A program made the translations under genes and the position numbers. This document shows positions 19,691 through 30,005 of a stretch of 64,000 bases of DNA, one piece after another; the first letter of the stretch is position 1; each line of letters starts with the position of its first letter. The stretch is from Snowella sp. Lineage in GTDB: Bacteria; Cyanobacteriota; Cyanobacteriia; Cyanobacteriales; Microcystaceae. The notes below the pieces were generated by a model. It was not told where the DNA came from. It did not search any database and saw only the letters and a list, made by a program, of their open reading frames with translations. The DNA lies in contig JAYKGY010000043.1 of assembly GCA_035285545.1 (NCBI GenBank), positions 21,830-85,829 on the forward strand, written 5' to 3'.

Positions 19691-20113
19691 TCAAGGATTC
19701 GGAAAGAAGCCAAATTTAATAATTGCTCCAACGACAGCTAAAATTAAAACCCAAATCTGGGAACGTTGAGAACCTTTTATTTCTGTTACATCAACTTTTA
19801 ATTGAGAAATTTCTGTCTCAATTTTTGGTAAAACTTCTAATTTTTTTGCGTCAACTTTTAATTGAGAAATCTCTGTCTCTATTTTGGGTAGAACTTCTAA
19901 TTTTTGATCAATTCTGTCTAATCGATTTTCAAACCTATCCATACGCGATTCAAACTTATCTAAGCGAGTTTCAAATTTGTCCAAACGAGTTTCAAGTTTT
20001 TTCTCCATTGCATTCATTTGAGACTCAAACTTATTCTCCATGCGGTCTAGTCGATTATCAATTCTTAATAGAAATTCTTTTAAATCGGTTTCGATAATCA
20101 CGGGATTACTCAT
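19691..20113 (-). CDS. Coiled-coil heptad-repeat protein with a C-terminal membrane anchor
   Basis: IETDLKEFL head, repeated (K/R)FETRLD heptads, duplicated KLEVLPKIETEISQLKVD, hydrophobic tail IWVLILAVVGAII. Confidence 0.7.
   Translation of the reverse strand: MSNPVIIETDLKEFLLRIDNRLDRMENKFESQMNAMEKKLETRLDKFETRLDKFESRMDRFENRLDRIDQKLEVLPKIETEISQLKVDAKKLEVLPKIETEISQLKVDVTEIKGSQRSQIWVLILAVVGAIIKFGFFPNP
19791..19905. repeat. 60-bp-period intragenic tandem duplication
   Basis: TCAACTTTTAATTGAGAAAT(T/C)TCTGTCTC...ACTTCTAATTTTT at 19791 and 19851. Confidence 0.85.
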
Positions 20114-20150
20114 TAGCTTTAGTTCTCCATTCAATTCCTTACTTATCAAT

Positions 20151-20705
20151 TTATTTTAAATCTAAAATTAATTTTACCCAAAAATAACTAGTAATCGACT
20201 TAGCATCAATCGGTTGCCCTTCAAGAATAGCTTGTTCAAATTCTGCAAAACTCATTAAAACAACTTCAATATCTTCATCCTCATCCTGGGCAGGGGGTTT
20301 TTCTAATTTTTCCAAATCTTGAGCTAAAAAGGCATAAATAAATTCATCGGAATAGCCGGGGGCTAAGGCAAATTTTCCCAGAGATCGCCACTGATGGGCC
20401 CGATAACCCGTTTCTTCTTCTAATTCTCGTTTAATAGTTTCAGCAGGATCTTCCGTAATTTCAACCGTTCCTGCGGGAAATTCTAACAATCTTCCCTCTA
20501 GGGCAAAACGATATTGTTTGACTAAAACTAATTTTCCTTCATTGGTGATGGGAACGGCTAAAGCTCCCCCTGGATGACGAATACATTCCCATTCCCCCAC
20601 TACACCATTCGGCAAACGACGCTGGCTCACTTCAAAATTAAATTTTCGTCCTTCATAAAAAAGGCGTTGTTTCAAGACTTCCGCAGACTCATTTCCTAGT
20701 GACAT
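20151..20705 (-). CDS. NUDIX hydrolase (ADP-ribose pyrophosphatase-like)
   Basis: EFPAG...ETIKRELEEETG Nudix box; QYR motif; QDEDEDIEV. Confidence 0.92.
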   Translation of the reverse strand: MSLGNESAEVLKQRLFYEGRKFNFEVSQRRLPNGVVGEWECIRHPGGALAVPITNEGKLVLVKQYRFALEGRLLEFPAGTVEITEDPAETIKRELEEETGYRAHQWRSLGKFALAPGYSDEFIYAFLAQDLEKLEKPPAQDEDEDIEVVLMSFAEFEQAILEGQPIDAKSITSYFWVKLILDLK

Positions 20706-20838
20706 GGATATTATCCTCAATAAAAATTTGCAGAGCAACCGTATCCTCAAGCCATCGCTTAATGGTAAATATTATAAGAATTTTGACGATGTTATAATAA
20801 AAATACTTGGATTTAGTAAAAAACAAGAGAAATATTCT

Positions 20839-21207
20839 ATGAGTCTTCTAGGAAATATTATTTGGTTGATTTTTGGTGGCTTTATTGCAGGAGTGGGCTA
20901 TATTTTGGGAGGAATATTGGTCTGTTTAACGATTATTGGAATTCCCTTTGGGCAACAGGCGATTAAACTCGGTATTGCAACGATGACCCCTTTTGGTCGC
21001 GAAATTGTCCCGACTCCCGAAGCAGGCGAGTTACTGAATATGGTCTTCAATATTATTTGGGTAATCGTTATTGGTTGGGGCATTGCAGTTGCCCATGTTA
21101 CGTCTGCTTTAATCCTGGCTATTACGATTATCGGCATCCCCTTTGCTATGCAGCATTTGAAATTAGTTCCCCTCGCTCTGTTTCCCTTTGGGCGAGAACT
21201 CCGTTAA
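20839..21207 (+). CDS. YccF domain membrane protein
   Basis: GNIIWLIFGG...LTIIGIPFG and NIIW...ITIIGIPFA...LFPFG duplicated motif. Confidence 0.9.
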   Translation: MSLLGNIIWLIFGGFIAGVGYILGGILVCLTIIGIPFGQQAIKLGIATMTPFGREIVPTPEAGELLNMVFNIIWVIVIGWGIAVAHVTSALILAITIIGIPFAMQHLKLVPLALFPFGRELR

Positions 21208-22179
21208 TCTGAAGTCTGATAAAAAAGCTTGAATGTCTGTATCCGTCGGTTGAGCCGCGATCGCGCCGAGTTTGGTCGTTGTTAAGGCTCCTGCCGCACT
21301 CGCATAACGGATGGCAGCCTGAGCAAGTGACCGATCCTCAAACAGTTGGTCATTCTGTTCAACCAGTTGTTTGAGAAACCCTGCGACAAAACTATCCCCT
21401 GCGCCGGTGGTATCTATCACCTGAACCGGAAAAGCGGGAATAAACCCCTGATTGTTGCCTAACTGGTAATGACATCCCCTTTCTCCTGCGGTTATTAATA
21501 TTCCCTGTAAATTGCGGAATCTTTGCTGAATTGCAGCAGTATTCTGGGTTTGAAAAAATTGTTCGGCTTCTTCATCCGTACATTTCAAAAAACTGGCAGT
21601 ATTAAGCAGATCATTGATTAAAGCTATTGCGCCTTCTGGCTGCTCCCAAAAAACTGAACGCCAATTAATATCCAGAAAAATTTTGAGGTGATATTTTTTT
21701 GCCCATTCCACAGCACGGTAAACGGCTTGACGACTTTGGGGATAGGCGAGGGTAATAGTTCCCAAAACTAAATACTGCGCTTGTTTAAATACTTCTTCTG
21801 GTAAGTGATCAGCCGTTAACTGGGTATCGGCAAAATCTACGGTGGGGGTTGAACCAAATCCTGCAAAGTGGCGATCGCCGTCGAGGGAACGGATCACATA
21901 AACCTGTCGGGTTGCTAAACTTGGATGACGCTGAACTCCCCATGTATTTACGCCGACATCTTGCAAAACATTAACTAATTCTTCTCCAATCGAATCTGAG
22001 CCAATACAACCAATAAAAGCACTGGGAATGTCTAATTTTACTAATCCACAGGCGACATTTGCCGGTGCGCCCCCCGGATAACGAGTCCAGGACATGACCT
22101 TATCCAAAGGTTGACCTAATTGATCGGCTAAACAGTCAAAGAGGATTTCTCCTAAACATAAAACTTGAGGATTGCCCAT
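21163..22179 (-). CDS. PfkB family carbohydrate kinase (fructokinase-like)
   Basis: GGAPANVA, DINWR, DTTGAGDSFVAG. Confidence 0.93.
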   Translation of the reverse strand: MGNPQVLCLGEILFDCLADQLGQPLDKVMSWTRYPGGAPANVACGLVKLDIPSAFIGCIGSDSIGEELVNVLQDVGVNTWGVQRHPSLATRQVYVIRSLDGDRHFAGFGSTPTVDFADTQLTADHLPEEVFKQAQYLVLGTITLAYPQSRQAVYRAVEWAKKYHLKIFLDINWRSVFWEQPEGAIALINDLLNTASFLKCTDEEAEQFFQTQNTAAIQQRFRNLQGILITAGERGCHYQLGNNQGFIPAFPVQVIDTTGAGDSFVAGFLKQLVEQNDQLFEDRSLAQAAIRYASAAGALTTTKLGAIAAQPTDTDIQAFLSDFRLTEFSPKGKQSEGN

Positions 22180-22266
22180 ATCGAAACTTTGTATCTTTAA
22201 AAAAATTTGTTATTTTAATCAATTGTACCGAAGATCAAATTGCTCAAATTCCGCTCAGGTTATCGA

Positions 22267-23547
22267 ATGACCCCTAAAATTAATGTTGTTGGTATTGGCT
22301 TAGATGGCAAGGCAGGATTAATTTCAGAAGTTTGTAAGTTGGTTGAAAGTGCAACGGTTTTGGTAGGTAGCGATCGCCATTTAAATTTATTTCCTGAACA
22401 TTCGTCAGAAAAATTCATTTTAGGAGATTTTTTAACTACTTTTGAAACGATTAAGCAAAAATTACAAAATAACGAAAAAATAGTGATTTTAGTAAGTGGT
22501 GATCCCTTATTTTTTGGATTAGGCAGGTTATTATTAGAAAATTTTCCTTCAGAACAATTAGTTTTTCATCCCCACTATAGCTCGGTTCAATTAGCTTTTA
22601 ATCGTTTAAAACTTCCTTGGCATGATGCCCAGATTGTCAGTGTTCACGGTCGCTCCTTAGATTTGCTGCTTCCTCTATTACAAAAGGGCATTAACAAAAT
22701 TGCTATTCTAACGGATTCAGAAAATAATCCTAGCGCGATCGCTGCCTATTATCAAAGCCTTGATTTAGCGATTCATTATGAATTTTGGATTTGTGAAAAC
22801 TTAGGCGGAAATAATGAAAGAATTTATCAAATTTCTGCTGAAAAACTGAGCCAACTTAATAGCCAAGATTTTGCCCCACTTAATGTAGTGATTTTAGTTC
22901 GTAAAAATGATTCAGCATTACCCGATTTAGATTTAACTCAATTACCGTTATTGGGATTACCAGATTCGAGTTTTTTGAGCTTTGAAGACCGGCCCGGCTT
23001 GATGACTAAACGGGAAATTCGCCTGATAGTGTTAGGAGAATTAGCCCTGCAACCCGATCAAGTGATTTGGGATATTGGAGCAGGAACGGGGTCAGTTTCT
23101 ATTGAAATCGCGCGGTTGTGTCCTGATTCTCAAATTTACGCGATTGAAAAAACGGCAATGGGAGTTACTTTGATTGAACGTAACGCCCAACGCTTTCAAG
23201 TTAATAACATTAATCCGATTCAAGGGAAAGCTCCCAAAATTTTAGCCGATTTACCTAATCCTGATCGCATTTTTATTGGGGGAACGGGTGGCAATTTAAC
23301 ATCAATCTTAACTGTTTGTCAGGCTCAATTAAATCCATTAGGAAAAATTATTTTAGCCTTAGCGACTATGGAGCATTTTGCCACCTGTTTAAGTTGGTTT
23401 AAAGAACATGATTGGAATTATTCTTACCAACAAATTCAAATTTCCCGTTCCCTGCCCTTGGGCGATTTGACCCGCCTAAATCCCCTCAATCCTGTGATGA
23501 TTATTTCTGCTATTCCTGTAAATAATTCCCCAAACATTGGGGGTTAG
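22267..23547 (+). CDS. cbiET: Bifunctional cobalt-precorrin-7 C5-methyltransferase / precorrin-6B C15-methyltransferase (CbiE-CbiT)
   Basis: VVGIG, LVSGDPLFFGLG, SVHGR, MTKREIR, WDIGAGTGSVSIE. Confidence 0.93.
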   Translation: MTPKINVVGIGLDGKAGLISEVCKLVESATVLVGSDRHLNLFPEHSSEKFILGDFLTTFETIKQKLQNNEKIVILVSGDPLFFGLGRLLLENFPSEQLVFHPHYSSVQLAFNRLKLPWHDAQIVSVHGRSLDLLLPLLQKGINKIAILTDSENNPSAIAAYYQSLDLAIHYEFWICENLGGNNERIYQISAEKLSQLNSQDFAPLNVVILVRKNDSALPDLDLTQLPLLGLPDSSFLSFEDRPGLMTKREIRLIVLGELALQPDQVIWDIGAGTGSVSIEIARLCPDSQIYAIEKTAMGVTLIERNAQRFQVNNINPIQGKAPKILADLPNPDRIFIGGTGGNLTSILTVCQAQLNPLGKIILALATMEHFATCLSWFKEHDWNYSYQQIQISRSLPLGDLTRLNPLNPVMIISAIPVNNSPNIGG

Positions 23548-23556
23548 GGAGCTATT

Positions 23557-24948
23557 TTAAAATTCAGCATTCAAAGGAGTACGGGGGAAAGGAATCACAT
23601 CCCGAATATTGGCCATTCCGGTCATAAATTGCACCACTCGCTCGAACCCTAAGCCAAAGCCTGCATGGGGAACAGTTCCATAACGTCTTAAATCCAGATA
23701 CCACCATAAATCTTCTGGGTTCATCCCTTGGGTTTGAATACGTTGTTCTAAAACATCCAGTCGTTCTTCCCGTTGAGAACCGCCGATAATTTCGCCAATT
23801 TTAGGGGCTAAAATATCCATTGCGGCAACGGTTTTTCCATCTTCATTTAAGCGCATATAAAAGGCTTTAATTTGGGCAGGATAATTGGTCACAATCATCG
23901 GCTTTTTAAAGACTTCTTCGGCTAAATAGCGTTCATGCTCAGACTGTAAATCAATTCCCCATTCTACGGGATATTGAAACTGTCGGTCGGCTTTTTCTAA
24001 TAAATTAACGGCTTCTGTGTAGGTAATTCGCGCAAATTCATTATTAATAATATTATCTGCCGTTTCTAAGACCGTATTATCAATGCGTTGGTTAAAGAAT
24101 TCCATGTCTTCAGGGCAGGTTTCTAAGACATATTTAAAAATATATTTGAGGAATTCTTCCGCTAAATTTTGATCCCCTTCTAGGTCACAAAACGCCATTT
24201 CAGGTTCTACCATCCAAAATTCGGCTAGATGCCGTGAGGTATTGGAATTTTCGGCACGGAAGGTTGGCCCAAAAGTATAGACATTCTGAAAGGCCATGGC
24301 CATGATTTCTGCTTCTAATTGACCACTAACGGTTAAATAAGCTCGTTTTCCAAAAAAATCCTGCTCAAAGTCAACCCTCTTATCATCCGTTAAGGGGAGT
24401 TTATCCAAATCTAAATTAGTCACGGTAAATAATTCCCCTGCCCCTTCGCAATCACTGGCAGTAATGATGGGGGTATGTACCCACAAAAAGCCCCGTTCTT
24501 GAAAGAATTGATGGATCGCTGTCGCACAGGCATTCCGAACTCGCATCACGGCTCCGATAGTGTTAGTCCGCGATCGCAGATGGCCAATGGTGCGTAAAAA
24601 TTCAAAACTATGACGTTTCTTTTGCAAGGGGTAGGAATCGGGCGGAGCATCGCCAAACACGTTAACGGTCTCGGCTTTGAGTTCAATACGTTGCCCTTTG
24701 CCTGGTGACGCGACTAATTGACCCTGAACTTCTAAGGATGCGCCGGTGTTTAATTTGGGTAATAAAGCTTGATATTCGGGCAATTGGGGATCGAGAATAA
24801 CCTGTAAATTGGCTAACGCAGAGCCATCATTGACTTCGACAAAACTAAATTCTTTTAACTCGCGTTTGCTGCGTACCCAAGCTTGAATGGTAACTAACTC
24901 ATTGGGTTGCCCATTGCGTAAAATATCTATAATGCGTCGATTTTTCAT
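23557..24948 (-). CDS. asnS: Asparagine--tRNA ligase
   Basis: [56 protein letters not shown]. Confidence 0.98.
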   Translation of the reverse strand: MKNRRIIDILRNGQPNELVTIQAWVRSKRELKEFSFVEVNDGSALANLQVILDPQLPEYQALLPKLNTGASLEVQGQLVASPGKGQRIELKAETVNVFGDAPPDSYPLQKKRHSFEFLRTIGHLRSRTNTIGAVMRVRNACATAIHQFFQERGFLWVHTPIITASDCEGAGELFTVTNLDLDKLPLTDDKRVDFEQDFFGKRAYLTVSGQLEAEIMAMAFQNVYTFGPTFRAENSNTSRHLAEFWMVEPEMAFCDLEGDQNLAEEFLKYIFKYVLETCPEDMEFFNQRIDNTVLETADNIINNEFARITYTEAVNLLEKADRQFQYPVEWGIDLQSEHERYLAEEVFKKPMIVTNYPAQIKAFYMRLNEDGKTVAAMDILAPKIGEIIGGSQREERLDVLEQRIQTQGMNPEDLWWYLDLRRYGTVPHAGFGLGFERVVQFMTGMANIRDVIPFPRTPLNAEF

Positions 24949-24988
24949 AAAAATTATGTCAAATTTATGGAGGTAATTCGTCCCTATT

Positions 24989-25119
24989 AATACCAAATTA
25001 ACTTGATTTACATGCAAATAGGTTTCTCGATATTATCCCCCCTAGCCCCCCTTTCAAAGGGGGGAAGCCGTAGGCGGGGGGATTAGGTAAATGCACTGTT
25101 TTCTATTGAATTTGTTATA
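24989..25119. mobile_element. MITE-like shell around a G/C-run dispersed repeat
   Basis: Ends AATACCAAATT / AATTTGTTATA form an imperfect inverted pair; core ATCCCCCCTAGCCCCCCTTTCAAAGGGGGGAAGCCGTAGGCGGGGGGAT. Confidence 0.5.
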
Positions 25120-25208
25120 AGGAGCAGTTAGTTCTATTTTAAATCAAATTGTGAATCTCGCTAATCTCATTCATTCTTGGTGTTTAAATATGGGGTTTAA
25201 TTAATTCA

Positions 25209-26591
25209 CTATAAAATAATGTTTTTTAACATCAGCTCGACCATTTTTTCGGATTTTTCAGAGGCACTTTTTTTTAAAACCTCTTTGAATTCTGGATATT
25301 TGTTTTTAATATTTTGAAAATCTTTTTCTTTGAGCACAAAAATATCACAGTAACCAAGGGTTTTAACGGATGCCGTCCTTTTTTCATTGAGCACTAAAGA
25401 AATATCCCCAAAATATTCACCTTCTTCTAAGGTAATCTTCGTATCAGGATTCTCGGTCGAGAGGATTTCCACTTCTCCTTTAGTAATAAAATAGATAGCT
25501 TCTCCAATTTCTCCTTCATAAACAATATAGGACTGGGGAGAATAGGTTTCAATTTTTAATGCTGACAGTAAAACATTTCGTAATCCTGGGGAGCAGTATT
25601 TGAATAAAGGAACGCGCTCTAGTAATTCTCTGGTAATATATTGCAACACTTCTAAACGAGAAGCGGGGGGTAAATCGACAAATAAGTTTTCTTCCTTAAA
25701 TCCCCGTTCCCTCACCCAAAGATATTCATAATAATTACTAATTTTGTGGATCACTTCCTGGGGCACTTGCTGATAGCGGAGGTATTGAATGAGGGATTCA
25801 ACTTTATTACGGTAATTGAGTTTAGCTGTATCTAATTCACTGATTAAAGAGGCAATATTCCCAATAATAAAGGCATAAACGGAAGCCCCAACGACCATAA
25901 TAATAATTGTCGTTAAATATTCAATCGTTCGCTTGGGGGTAATGTCTCCGTAACCGATGGTTGCCATTGTGGTCGCAGCCCAATAGAGAGAAAGAATATA
26001 TTGTTTCGTAACTGATGCTTTTTCAATTTCAGTTCGTACTACCCAAGAGTCTTGAGGAAAATTTTCGACATAGGCGATCGCGAACCAAATGCAAGCAATC
26101 CAATGGGTTAAAAGTAGAACAAAAATAAATAATTTAATAATTCTAAAATAACCAGGATTAAACCATCGTTGATTTTCCCAACGACGAAAAATAATAAATA
26201 GCCGAACAATGCGTAATAAACGGGTTAATCGAAACCATAAAATGAGGGAAATATTAGAAAAAATAATCAGGGGAAATAATAAAACAACAATTAAATCAAA
26301 GGGAAAATTTGCAATAAAATCAACAATAAAATATTTTTTAAAATAGTGGGAACGAATCTTCTTAGGATCAGTAATTTCTTCGCCTTTAAACCGATAACTG
26401 GTAAAAAAATTAAAAACAATATCTATCCCAAAAAATACATCAATTAAATAAGTCAAGAGATTACCTTGACGGGTAGCTGTATGTAAAAAAGCAGCTTGAA
26501 AGGGAATTAAAATACAACTAATGAGAATGAGGAAAACAATAAAACTGTCCCAAAGAATTCTAAATTGTGAGGTTTCTCGAATAATTTTCAT
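25209..26591 (-). CDS. Cyclic-nucleotide-gated K+ channel (6TM, C-linker, CNBD; SthK-like)
   Basis: S4 RLTRLLRIVRL; pore SLYWAATTMATIGYGDITP; CNBD GEYFGDISL...RTASV. Confidence 0.9.
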   Translation of the reverse strand: MKIIRETSQFRILWDSFIVFLILISCILIPFQAAFLHTATRQGNLLTYLIDVFFGIDIVFNFFTSYRFKGEEITDPKKIRSHYFKKYFIVDFIANFPFDLIVVLLFPLIIFSNISLILWFRLTRLLRIVRLFIIFRRWENQRWFNPGYFRIIKLFIFVLLLTHWIACIWFAIAYVENFPQDSWVVRTEIEKASVTKQYILSLYWAATTMATIGYGDITPKRTIEYLTTIIIMVVGASVYAFIIGNIASLISELDTAKLNYRNKVESLIQYLRYQQVPQEVIHKISNYYEYLWVRERGFKEENLFVDLPPASRLEVLQYITRELLERVPLFKYCSPGLRNVLLSALKIETYSPQSYIVYEGEIGEAIYFITKGEVEILSTENPDTKITLEEGEYFGDISLVLNEKRTASVKTLGYCDIFVLKEKDFQNIKNKYPEFKEVLKKSASEKSEKMVELMLKNIIL

Positions 26592-26654
26592 TCATCTTTC
26601 CACAACTTGACAGTTAACTTCAGGGACAGCTTTAAGGATTCAAATCCATCTCAC

Positions 26655-27794
26655 CTATTTCGGTTTATTGACAGACTTATAGAAGGGCTTTTTCACAACT
26701 GTTGCTGGATAGGCTTTGCCGCGAATTTCTACTTCTAGGGTTTGACCCATTTTGCTAAAGGAGCTTGGCACGTAGGCTAAGGCGATCGCTTTTTCGAGGG
26801 TGGGAGATTGGGTTCCACTGGTGATTTCGCCAATGGGTTTGCCTTCACTCACAACGGGATAGCCATGACGGGCAATATGACGACCTTCCATTTCAATGCC
26901 CACCAAACGACGGTTTACGCCCTCAGCTTTTTGTTGTTCCAAAATAGCGCGACCGATAAAATCTCCAGCTGTATCGAGGTGAACTAACCAGCCTAAACCC
27001 GCTTCTAATGGCGTTGTATTATCGTCAATGTCCTGACCGTAGAGGCACATCGCCGCTTCTAACCGTAGGGTATCTCTTGCCCCTAAGCCACAGGGAATCA
27101 CCCCAACCCCTAACAGCGATCGCCACAATTGTTCCCCCGTTTCCGGATCGGTCATCACCTCAAACCCATCTTCCCCGGTGTAACCCGTCCGTGCAATAAA
27201 AGCCGGCTCATCAAATACCGTCGTTTCCAAATGGCCAAAGGCAGGTAAATCGCCCAAATTGTCAGGAACCAAGGCTTGTAGAGTTGCCAAAGCATTTGGG
27301 CCTTGAATGGCAATCAATACTTTCTCCGCCGATAAATCTGCAAAATTGACCTTACTACTCTCTAAATGGGTCAATAACCAATCTTTATCTTTGTCTTTCG
27401 TCCCTGCGTTGACAATCACTGTTGCTCGTTGTTCACCCGTTTCCGTTTCGCCTTGATGATAAATAATAATGTCATCAATAATACCGCCCTGCTCATTGAG
27501 TAACACCGTGTATTGGGCCCGCCCTGGAGTTAACCGGCTTAAATCGGAGGGAACCAATTTTTGTAACTCGGCAAAGACTTGCTGACCCTGCATCACAAAC
27601 TTACCCATGTGGGAAATATCAAACATTCCAACCCCATTGCGAATGGCGGCATGTTCTTGTTTTAATCCGGTAAATTGAACAGGCATTTCCCAGCCAGAAA
27701 AAGCGGTCATTTTGGGTTTTTGTTCCAAAACAACGGCATAAAGCGGTGTTCGCGCGAGAGAAATAAGGTTAGAAGAGGAGTCTGAATGTGCCAC
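26655..27794 (-). CDS. gcvT: Glycine cleavage system aminomethyltransferase
   Basis: RTPLY, GMFDISHMG, RTGYTGEDGFE, GLGARDTLRLEA. Confidence 0.97.
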   Translation of the reverse strand: MAHSDSSSNLISLARTPLYAVVLEQKPKMTAFSGWEMPVQFTGLKQEHAAIRNGVGMFDISHMGKFVMQGQQVFAELQKLVPSDLSRLTPGRAQYTVLLNEQGGIIDDIIIYHQGETETGEQRATVIVNAGTKDKDKDWLLTHLESSKVNFADLSAEKVLIAIQGPNALATLQALVPDNLGDLPAFGHLETTVFDEPAFIARTGYTGEDGFEVMTDPETGEQLWRSLLGVGVIPCGLGARDTLRLEAAMCLYGQDIDDNTTPLEAGLGWLVHLDTAGDFIGRAILEQQKAEGVNRRLVGIEMEGRHIARHGYPVVSEGKPIGEITSGTQSPTLEKAIALAYVPSSFSKMGQTLEVEIRGKAYPATVVKKPFYKSVNKPK

Positions 27795-27889
27795 AGGGAT
27801 TTTTAAATTTAAAATAAGGTGAATAAGTCGATAAACTGCTTCCTATCCTACCGCAAGTTGCTTATTACGGTGAGGCTTAGCGGGAATGC

Positions 27890-28957
27890 TCAAGGGAATT
27901 TTTTGAATTGGGCTAGTTGGCTGTGAATGGCTTGCCGTTTTTGATTGACTTGCCCACTAGTTAATAGGAATTCTGCTTGCGCGATCGCTGACTTCAGATT
28001 TTCACAAACCCCATAATGCCAAAGGTAAAAAGCACTATTCCAAATCACCGCTTTGGCTAAATTCGTCAATTGCCCTTCCAGAACCTGCTCTAAAGATTGA
28101 AAATAGTCTGCTGTCTGCTCTAGGGGGATCTCTTTATGGGCCAAACCATAGGGATGGGGGTCGAGTTTGAGATAGGCGGACTCTGATTCTGTATTGGCTT
28201 GATGGATCGCAATAATCGTGGTTTGAGAAAGCCGTAAATCACAACTGCCTTCTAAGCCTTTAACTAAGGTATAGCGTTGCTCGCCACGCTCCTGTAGAGC
28301 GACCCGAATCATTTGTTCCGTTGGCGGATGAACATAACCAGCCACTAAATGGGATTCCCCCCCATAGGGCGACCAGATTAATTCTAAAGTGGCTAACGGT
28401 GGACGTTTACCAATTTCATCCCGATAGGTCACTAATCCTTGGGCTAAGGGAAAGTGTTTGGGCATGTAGTAAAAGGTAAATGAGCTTTCTACTAATAATT
28501 GATGAACTTGGGTTAAAGAAAGGGGACAAAAATCCAGACCCAAGGCTTGAAAAATATCAATTAACGGTAAGCCATATTTTGTCGGTAAGCTATCGCCCCC
28601 ATGCAAAATCACCGGAATTCCGGCGGTTGCCAACAGTAAAGCCGTCAGGGGAACAATCGGGGCAGTACGAGTCCGCCCATCGTAGGGAACACCAAAAACC
28701 AGGGGTAAACGAGGGGAATCGGGTAAAGGGGCAATTTTTCCCCCTAATTCATCGTAGGCATCTAAAAAACCCGCTAATTCCATACCCGTGGGTCGTTTAA
28801 TGCGATGAGCAATCAAAAAAGCTCCGATTTGGGCAGGGGTTGCCTCTTGGGTTAACATCATTCGTCCCGCGATCGCGGCTTCAGAGCGTGTTAAATCTTT
28901 TTTGGTATGTTGCCCACTGCCAACTTTTTTCAGGAGTTCTCTAAACTGATGACTCAT
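27890..28957 (-). CDS. Anthranilate phosphoribosyltransferase-like (glycosyltransferase family 3, YbiB-like) protein
   Basis: KKVGSG...DLTR.EA, QIGAFLIAHRIK, PYDGR, LHGGD, KGLEGS. Confidence 0.8.
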   Translation of the reverse strand: MSHQFRELLKKVGSGQHTKKDLTRSEAAIAGRMMLTQEATPAQIGAFLIAHRIKRPTGMELAGFLDAYDELGGKIAPLPDSPRLPLVFGVPYDGRTRTAPIVPLTALLLATAGIPVILHGGDSLPTKYGLPLIDIFQALGLDFCPLSLTQVHQLLVESSFTFYYMPKHFPLAQGLVTYRDEIGKRPPLATLELIWSPYGGESHLVAGYVHPPTEQMIRVALQERGEQRYTLVKGLEGSCDLRLSQTTIIAIHQANTESESAYLKLDPHPYGLAHKEIPLEQTADYFQSLEQVLEGQLTNLAKAVIWNSAFYLWHYGVCENLKSAIAQAEFLLTSGQVNQKRQAIHSQLAQFKKFP

Positions 28958-29125
28958 AGAGGATGGATGATAGTAATTTATAAATTATAGAGATTGATAA
29001 ATAACCCCTTAAAGATTTTAGAGGGATTGAGCCAAAATTGTGAGTTAGCCATGAGCGATGAATTTCGGTCAAGACAAAATATCGGGCTATCCCTGTCCCA
29101 TCAGTTAGCAGCAACGTGGGGTAAA

Positions 29126-29686
29126 TCATTGAGACGGTGAAATAGGGTTACGGGGATTTACCAGATTGGGTAAGGAAATTTCCGTATTCAGTCCCCGATC
29201 ATAGAGCACTAAATCCCATTGTCCTGAACGGTTGGTTTCAAAGGCAATAAAACGACCATTGCCACTAAGGGTGGGGCGACGTACTTCGCCGATCCAGGTT
29301 TCAGTGAGGTTCTGAGCTTGAAAGGTCTGGCGGTCATAGAACCAAATATTCGGCTTTCCCCCTTGTTCAGAAACATAAACCAGATAGCGACCATCCGCAC
29401 TAATATCGGGTTGATCCTGAAGGCTATTGGGTTGATTTACCCCCGGCAATGGAAGTAAACGGCGTGCTACCACATCATAAAGCCAAATTCCCCGTTGTTT
29501 TCCCCGATCCGAAGCAAAGACAAGATAACGTCCATCGTAGGAAAGACGACCATTTTGATCATTTCGAGAGGTATTGAGAGAAGATCCCATATCCTGGGGT
29601 AAGGGTGCAATAAAACCCGATTCTTGACAACCACTTAACCCCACTACCACCGCGATCGCCATTAAAAAGCGTTTAAGAATGAGCAT
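29126..29686 (-). CDS. TolB-like (PD40 repeat) lipoprotein
   Basis: Lipobox LSGC; repeats LSYDGRYLVFASDR, ISADGRYLVY, LSGNGRFIAFE. Confidence 0.85.
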   Translation of the reverse strand: MLILKRFLMAIAVVVGLSGCQESGFIAPLPQDMGSSLNTSRNDQNGRLSYDGRYLVFASDRGKQRGIWLYDVVARRLLPLPGVNQPNSLQDQPDISADGRYLVYVSEQGGKPNIWFYDRQTFQAQNLTETWIGEVRRPTLSGNGRFIAFETNRSGQWDLVLYDRGLNTEISLPNLVNPRNPISPSQ

Positions 29687-29717
29687 TTATCAATGAGACC
29701 ACCCCATCTATCCGGGC

Positions 29718-30005
29718 TTAGGTCAGGGCTTCCTTGGTAGGTGGCGGTGGAAGAATGCAACAGTTGACATCATCCAAACAGACCTTTCCCCACTGCAATC
29801 CCCAGCGCACTAATTCAACCCGATTTTCCGTTTTAGTTTTGGTGAGAATATTACTAATGTGATTATCAACCGTTCGCTTACTAATTTCCAGTTTTTCTGC
29901 AATTTCCGAATTCGTTAAACCAATCGCGACTAATTCTAGAATTTCCAGTTCCCGCTCTGACAATGCAACCGGCAGTTGGGACTTACTGCTCATCATAAAC
30001 CTCAT
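29718..30005 (-). CDS. pedR: Small LuxR-type redox-responsive regulator PedR
   Basis: LSERELEIL...ISKRTVDNHISNILTKT plus C-terminal WGKVCLDDVNCC, as in Synechocystis PedR. Confidence 0.85.
   Translation of the reverse strand: MRFMMSSKSQLPVALSERELEILELVAIGLTNSEIAEKLEISKRTVDNHISNILTKTKTENRVELVRWGLQWGKVCLDDVNCCILPPPPTKEALT

Noticed and set aside
19791..20000. Direct repeats considered as a possible CRISPR array
   Set aside because: They are in-frame coding repeats with no unique spacers, and no cas genes are in the window
19723..20097. 124-aa plus-strand ORF with repeated QLLIEK
   Set aside because: Antisense shadow of the repeat-containing coiled-coil gene
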